Source: Candidatus Ozemobacteraceae bacterium (GTDB taxonomy: Bacteria > Muiribacteriota > Ozemobacteria > Ozemobacterales > Ozemobacteraceae). Taken from it: DNA of 64,000 nucleotides. Where the stretch lies: the NCBI GenBank assembly GCA_965140445.1, contig OZ223236.1, forward strand, positions 4,704,001 through 4,768,000, given 5' to 3'. Positions 59,032-64,000 of this stretch are shown here, one piece after another; within the stretch, counting starts at the first letter, position 1, and every line of letters starts with the position of its first letter. The notes under the pieces were generated by a model. That model was not told where the DNA came from. It searched no databases and saw nothing but the letters and a program-made list of their open reading frames with translations. A program made the translations under genes and the position numbers.

Positions 59032-60792
59032 TTGTTTAATTTTACTAATTGGCCAATTAGAAAAAAAATTGTAAACACCGCTCTAATACTAATTCTTATG
59101 ACTTTTTTAGTTGTCATTATTCTATATCTTAGAGAGTCTAAATATAGAGTTAGAGATGAGTATGTAAAAAAGGGGCGGTCGGTAACCCTTGCAATTGAAG
59201 GCGTCAGAGAGGAAATGCGAAAACACTGGGATCTTAAAATATTCACCCCAGAATTGCTTAGAGATTGGGCAAATAAGGGTGAAATTAGTAAAATGCTCTC
59301 CACTATTCCTGTAGTTTCAGCATGGGAAGTAGGGATCAGGAAAGCCAAAGAAGGTGGATACACATTCAGAGTTCCAAAATTTCAACCAAGAAACCCCAAA
59401 AATGAACCAGATGAGCTGGAAAAAAGAGCTTTGGAAGCAATAAAGTCAAATGATTTAGATGAGTATTATGAAGTAGATAAAGACAATAATCTACGCTACT
59501 TCAGACCAATTAGACTGGACAAAACATGCCTTCTTTGCCATGGCAACCCAGAAAACTCTGCTGCATTATGGGGAAATAGTGAAGGGAAAGATCCAACTGG
59601 CGGCAAAATGGAAAATTGGAAAACCGGAGAAATACATGGTGCATTCCAGGTAATTCAATCTTTAAATGAAGCCGACAAACAGGTTTTCAGCATGGCCAAG
59701 GCAGCAATCGGAATAATTTTTGTTGGTCTCGTGATGATCATGATTGTCTTCAGATTTATTATCGCTAAAACAGTAGAAACCCCGCTGCTGCAGATGACAG
59801 AAGCTTCCAGAAAATTAGCCAACGGCGAAGTTGAACAAAGCATCTCGTATAAATCTGGGGACGAAATTGGACAAATGGCAGATTCATTTAGAGAGACCAT
59901 TGATTATATGAAAGTTGCAAGCGCTCTTGCAGAAGAAATCAGTAATGGCAAATTAGATGTTTCTGTAGAAGTAAAATCAGAGAAAGATGTCCTGAACAAC
60001 TCTCTTTTGGTAATGGTTAATAATTTAAGGGAAATTATCCAACAGATTCAACGAGCCGCCGAGCAGGTTTCTGCTGGAGCAACAGAGATATCCTCCTCCA
60101 GCCAGGCTCTTTCAACGGGGGCCACTGAGCAGGCCGCCTCTCTTGAACAGATAAATTCATCCATGATGGAAATCTCTTCAAGGTCAAAAGCTAATGACGA
60201 TAGTTCAAAAACAGCTAATACCTTGGCAATTCAAGCAAAGGGCGCTGCAGAGCATGGAAACAATGAAATGCAAAGAATGATGAGTGCTATGAGCCAAATA
60301 AATTCATCCAGCGCTCAAATTGCAGAAATCATAAAAGTAATCGATGATATTGCATTTCAAACAAATTTGCTTTCATTAAATGCCGCTGTGGAAGCAGCAC
60401 ATGTCGGCACAATGGGTAAAGGTTTTGCTGTTGTCGCCGATGAAGTTAGAAACCTTGCAAACAGAAGTGCTAAAGCTGCAAAATCGACCTCGGAGCTTGT
60501 AGAAAATCTTGTTTCTGAGGTTGAAAAAGGGCATCAAATTTCCCTGGCAACCCAGGAAACCTTCAAAGAGATTGTGGAATCAGTAATGAAGACCGCAACT
60601 ATTATGGAAGAAGTAGCACTAGCCTCAAGTGAGCAAAACAAAGGTACTCAGGAAGTTTCATCTGGCCTTGGGCAAATAGAGTCGGTAACACAAACAATTG
60701 CAGCAAACTCAGAAGAAACAGCTGCTTCATCAATTGACCTATCCAGTCAGGCAGCTCAATTGCGCGACCTATTGAAAAGATTCAAGATGTAA
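59032..60792 (+). CDS. methyl-accepting chemotaxis protein with a DUF3365-like heme-c sensor domain
   Basis: PRNPKNEPD, CLLCHG, HAMP, IAFQTNLLSLNAAVEAA..GKGFAVVADEVRNLA. Confidence 0.92.
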   Translation: MFNFTNWPIRKKIVNTALILILMTFLVVIILYLRESKYRVRDEYVKKGRSVTLAIEGVREEMRKHWDLKIFTPELLRDWANKGEISKMLSTIPVVSAWEVGIRKAKEGGYTFRVPKFQPRNPKNEPDELEKRALEAIKSNDLDEYYEVDKDNNLRYFRPIRLDKTCLLCHGNPENSAALWGNSEGKDPTGGKMENWKTGEIHGAFQVIQSLNEADKQVFSMAKAAIGIIFVGLVMIMIVFRFIIAKTVETPLLQMTEASRKLANGEVEQSISYKSGDEIGQMADSFRETIDYMKVASALAEEISNGKLDVSVEVKSEKDVLNNSLLVMVNNLREIIQQIQRAAEQVSAGATEISSSSQALSTGATEQAASLEQINSSMMEISSRSKANDDSSKTANTLAIQAKGAAEHGNNEMQRMMSAMSQINSSSAQIAEIIKVIDDIAFQTNLLSLNAAVEAAHVGTMGKGFAVVADEVRNLANRSAKAAKSTSELVENLVSEVEKGHQISLATQETFKEIVESVMKTATIMEEVALASSEQNKGTQEVSSGLGQIESVTQTIAANSEETAASSIDLSSQAAQLRDLLKRFKM

Positions 60793-60797
60793 CGCAT

Positions 60798-60846
60798 AAA
60801 AAAAATCCCCCTTTTACTAGAAAAGTAAAAGGGGGATTTTCTTTTT
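60798..60846. terminator. bidirectional Rho-independent terminator
   Basis: 17-bp stem AAAATCCCCCTTTTACT-agaaa-AGTAAAAGGGGGATTTT between convergent genes. Confidence 0.85.
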
Positions 60847-60871
60847 AAAGAATAAAAGACTCGAATTTAAA

Positions 60872-61630
60872 CTAGAGCTTAAACCCACGACGGCGAATCT
60901 TGCCAATCATACTGATTCCTGGATTCCTTGTATAGTTTTCTTTAACCGTTTTATTTGGAATCCCAACTTTTCGACCATCTCTAGCAATATTTGCTAAAAC
61001 ATCTATTAAGCACCTGGACTCAAGTTTACTGGATCTAAATGGAATTTCAATATATGATTTGCAGCCTTCAACATTAACTTCCCGACGGTCAATAATATCT
61101 CCATCGTCGATTTTTTCGTTCATCCAATGAATAGAAAATCCCACGGGTCTTTTTTCTATCCAGGCCCACAAATCACACATTGTACCTCGATTATCAGGAA
61201 GAAGTCCGTGATGAATATTGATACATCCAATTTCAGGCAGATCAAGAACAGGCTTCTTGTAAATGTTTCTGGTACGCATATTGACGATCAAATCAGGCTT
61301 AAGATCGCTTAAAAATTTTAATGCAGCAGGCTGATTAACGCTTTTACACCTGAACATAGGGATCGAGCGATCCTGAAAAATCTTTACTCTTGGGTCATTA
61401 ACCTTTGCACAAGTAAGATTTCTAAGCAAAGCCAGACCAACACCAGGAGCTCCGATCATTGTTAATCCAATAATATTTTTTAACAAAAGCTTTAGTGGAA
61501 TCTTTAGCATTATAGCCCCGACCACTTCAACTCCCGTAGGAAGATTATCTGGATTAGAAATCTCTCTTATTAAATGATGGTAGTTATCTTTTACATAAGT
61601 AACATCTGAGGTGACATATACGACTCTCAT
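60872..61630 (-). CDS. formyltransferase family protein
   Basis: LKPDLIV, GCINIHHGLLPDNRG, GFSIHWM..IDDGDII. Confidence 0.85.
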   Translation of the reverse strand: MRVVYVTSDVTYVKDNYHHLIREISNPDNLPTGVEVVGAIMLKIPLKLLLKNIIGLTMIGAPGVGLALLRNLTCAKVNDPRVKIFQDRSIPMFRCKSVNQPAALKFLSDLKPDLIVNMRTRNIYKKPVLDLPEIGCINIHHGLLPDNRGTMCDLWAWIEKRPVGFSIHWMNEKIDDGDIIDRREVNVEGCKSYIEIPFRSSKLESRCLIDVLANIARDGRKVGIPNKTVKENYTRNPGISMIGKIRRRGFKL

Positions 61631-61633
61631 TTT

Positions 61634-64000
61634 TTAAGCCTTGTGATCTATGCCGCCGGTGCGACCATATTTAGCATGAGCATCAGTAAATTCATCTGCG
61701 GCCATTGCACCTATCAATGATATTTCACCGCCCAAAACAGTTGCAGCTAGAATTTCTGCAAATTTAGACGAGTATCCTGCACCCGCACATCCCATAATCT
61801 TTAGACAATTGTTCTGGGTCGGAAGGCGTGTCCCGCCACCAACAGTGCCAACCATTATGCCAGGCAGAGTAATACTAATTGATAAATCACCGTCCTTTTC
61901 TTCCAGATGCGTTATACCAGCTGCTGATTCTGCCACACAAGCCGGATCTTGCCCTGCAGCTATATAAACGGCAGCGAGGACATTAGCAAAGTGAGCCTGA
62001 ACACCAAATGCGTGAGCCTGTAAAGAAGTCAGCATAGAAAGCTCTGCTAATTTGCGCATTCTTTCAGAAGAAGTATGAAGATGATTTTTGATTATTTCTC
62101 CAGGAATCAAAACCTGGGCAATTACCTTCTTGCCTCTGTTACGAGTAAAGTTTAAGCCATTAATCTTCTTGTCCCCAGAGAGATTAGATTCCAGAAACCA
62201 ATCTTCAAAGTTTCCTGGAAAATTATTAAGAATGAAATCTACAGCTTTTCTCGTGGCAATCGTGGTCATATTCTGACCCGAAGCGTCACCAGTAGAATAA
62301 CTGAACCTGAGAATCATTTTGCTTCCAATTGGAAATTGCTCTATATCCTCAAGTTTGCCGTGCCTGGTAGTACTGTCAGCAGACTCCTTAATCCGATCAA
62401 AATTATCTTTAATCCAATGTCCAAAAGAAATCATAGAATCAAGATTATTAAAAATAAAAATAGGTGTTCTTACCACACTATCACAAACAATTCTTACTTC
62501 TGCCCCGCCTGCCATCGAAATTATCTGGCAACCTCTGGCTACAGATGAAACCAGCGCTCCCTCAGTTGTTGCTAAAGGCACGTAGAATTCACCATTTGCA
62601 TGTTCTCCAAGAACTTTCAATGGGCCAATAATACCTAGAGGAACTTCAGAAAAGCCGAAAAAACCTTCAATATTCCCATTGTAATTAACTGGAAATTCAG
62701 GACTTGAAAACTCTAGTGTCTCATCGTTTGATAAGGCTTTTAAAAAATCTTTTCTCTTCCCGATAGCCGCATCTGAAAAATCCAATAAAGTCGGGAGTTG
62801 TGCCGGAGAAGCTTTTGTAAAATCAGTTTCTTGTTTTTCAGTTCCTTTATTGGCCTGTATTTTTTCTACCAGGAAAAAAAACAAATCCTGAAAAGACTCT
62901 ACGGGTTGCCCCATCAACTCTTTAAACGAAACATTAAACTTTCTCTCCAGCTTTATCAGCATAGCAATAATGCCTAGTGAATCCAATTGAACGAAAGAGT
63001 CAAATCTGGTTTCTTTTTTGATGTTTTCTGGATCAATATTTAAAAAAGAGGCGGCTTCAATTTTGAATTGTTCAAAAAGAATATCTAACTCCTCTGAATT
63101 AATATGCCTTTCCTCTTTTATTGGCTTTTCTTCAATCTTTTTTCCAGTTAAGATTTCAGCTAAAGCAAATCGTTTTACCTTTCCATTCGCCGATCTAGGC
63201 AAAGGAGTGTCGAACATAAAAATTTTCTTAATTTTTTCAGGCTCTGGCCAATTTTCTGTTTTTTTCCTTATTTCTTCTTCTACAAAATCACTGACCTTGC
63301 CAATGCTTTTATCCTTAAAAAACTCATTCTTTACCAGATATGCCAGAGCAGGAAACTCAATATCTCCTTCTGTCAGGCCTAATACAACAAATTCTTCGGC
63401 AAAAGGTAAGTTTCCAAGTCTGAGTTCAAGCTCATCAGGATAAACATTTATTCCAGAAGATGAGATAATTACCTCTTTAGCTCTACCACGAATAGTTACA
63501 TAGCCGTCTTCGCTTATAGAAGCCAGATCCCCTGTATGGAACCAGCCATCCTTAAACAGCTTTTTAGATAACTCCTTTTGCCCGAATACTCCAGATAACA
63601 AAGTAGGAGATTTTAACAACAACTCTCCAACTCCATCAATTGTTTCTCCAAGTTTTACCTGAATTTCTCCAACTGGCTTTCCTACAGATTCGATTGGACC
63701 ATCCACACACATGAGAACTCCGGCTGCCGTTTCGGTCATTCCATACCCCTGCATAGGCTTTAAACCAGAGCTTCGCAACAAACTTATAATCTCTGGTCTG
63801 CAAGCTGCACCACCAATGATCATTTTTATCGGAGGCAGAGAGATGCCTGCCTGCTTAATTCCTCCGGCCATTAATTCCGCCAATCTGGGAACTGCCACAA
63901 AAAAGGAAATTTTATGCTTCATAATTAACTGCAAAATTTCAGCAGGGTTAAAACTATTACTTAGAATAAGGGTTGAGTTGGTATGCAATTGAACAATTCC
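61634..64000 (-). CDS. AMP-binding (acyl-CoA synthetase-like) + ACP + class I HMG-CoA reductase fusion (5' partial)
   Basis: QGYGMTE, WFHTGD, GRAKE, PRSANGK; LDSL carrier motif; PLATTEGAL, GDASGQNM, DKK, GQDPA, VGTVGGGT, AH. The frame stays open to the window edge. Confidence 0.9.
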   Translation of the reverse strand, partial: GIVQLHTNSTLILSNSFNPAEILQLIMKHKISFFVAVPRLAELMAGGIKQAGISLPPIKMIIGGAACRPEIISLLRSSGLKPMQGYGMTETAAGVLMCVDGPIESVGKPVGEIQVKLGETIDGVGELLLKSPTLLSGVFGQKELSKKLFKDGWFHTGDLASISEDGYVTIRGRAKEVIISSSGINVYPDELELRLGNLPFAEEFVVLGLTEGDIEFPALAYLVKNEFFKDKSIGKVSDFVEEEIRKKTENWPEPEKIKKIFMFDTPLPRSANGKVKRFALAEILTGKKIEEKPIKEERHINSEELDILFEQFKIEAASFLNIDPENIKKETRFDSFVQLDSLGIIAMLIKLERKFNVSFKELMGQPVESFQDLFFFLVEKIQANKGTEKQETDFTKASPAQLPTLLDFSDAAIGKRKDFLKALSNDETLEFSSPEFPVNYNGNIEGFFGFSEVPLGIIGPLKVLGEHANGEFYVPLATTEGALVSSVARGCQIISMAGGAEVRIVCDSVVRTPIFIFNNLDSMISFGHWIKDNFDRIKESADSTTRHGKLEDIEQFPIGSKMILRFSYSTGDASGQNMTTIATRKAVDFILNNFPGNFEDWFLESNLSGDKKINGLNFTRNRGKKVIAQVLIPGEIIKNHLHTSSERMRKLAELSMLTSLQAHAFGVQAHFANVLAAVYIAAGQDPACVAESAAGITHLEEKDGDLSISITLPGIMVGTVGGGTRLPTQNNCLKIMGCAGAGYSSKFAEILAATVLGGEISLIGAMAADEFTDAHAKYGRTGGIDHKA

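Noticed and set aside
61634..62800. A standard mevalonate pathway operon
   Set aside because: No HMG-CoA synthase, mevalonate kinases or decarboxylase in the window, although they could lie upstream of it.
1..64000. CRISPR array, tRNA or rRNA genes
   Set aside because: I found no regularly spaced repeats, cloverleaf or T-loop signatures, or rRNA-like stretches in the intergenic regions by eye.

Overview
AT-rich bacterial chromosomal window, probably from a diderm anaerobe. The repeated GAIEMYNMD-type pilin-like proteins recall Ca. Riflebacteria-like genomes; this is an inference only. The window has three zones. (1) 1-19 kb is mostly core genes: a MazG-like pyrophosphatase, ligA, queE, a degenerate mini-LeuRS, comEA, comEC, ssb, a dual HD-GYP protein, an M20 hydrolase, a decaheme cytochrome c, mutM, and a LolA-like plus beta-barrel pair. 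(2) About 19-50 kb is an accessory zone of about 30 short, unrelated genes in mixed orientation, with gene remnants and no integrase or transposase. It includes an AbrB-FliG_C fusion and two sensors ending in a 4-Cys domain. (3) 50-64 kb is a minus-strand putative lipid biosynthesis and export locus: an adenylation-ACP-class I HMG-CoA reductase fusion, a formyltransferase, a UbiA-like protein, an RPH/PEP-synthase-like phosphotransferase, an MMPL transporter and a BtaA/DUF3419 protein, interrupted by uraA and an MCP. Zone 3 is the best candidate for an undescribed system. I saw no tRNA, rRNA, CRISPR array or intact mobile element. All calls come from motif recognition by eye; no database search was run.
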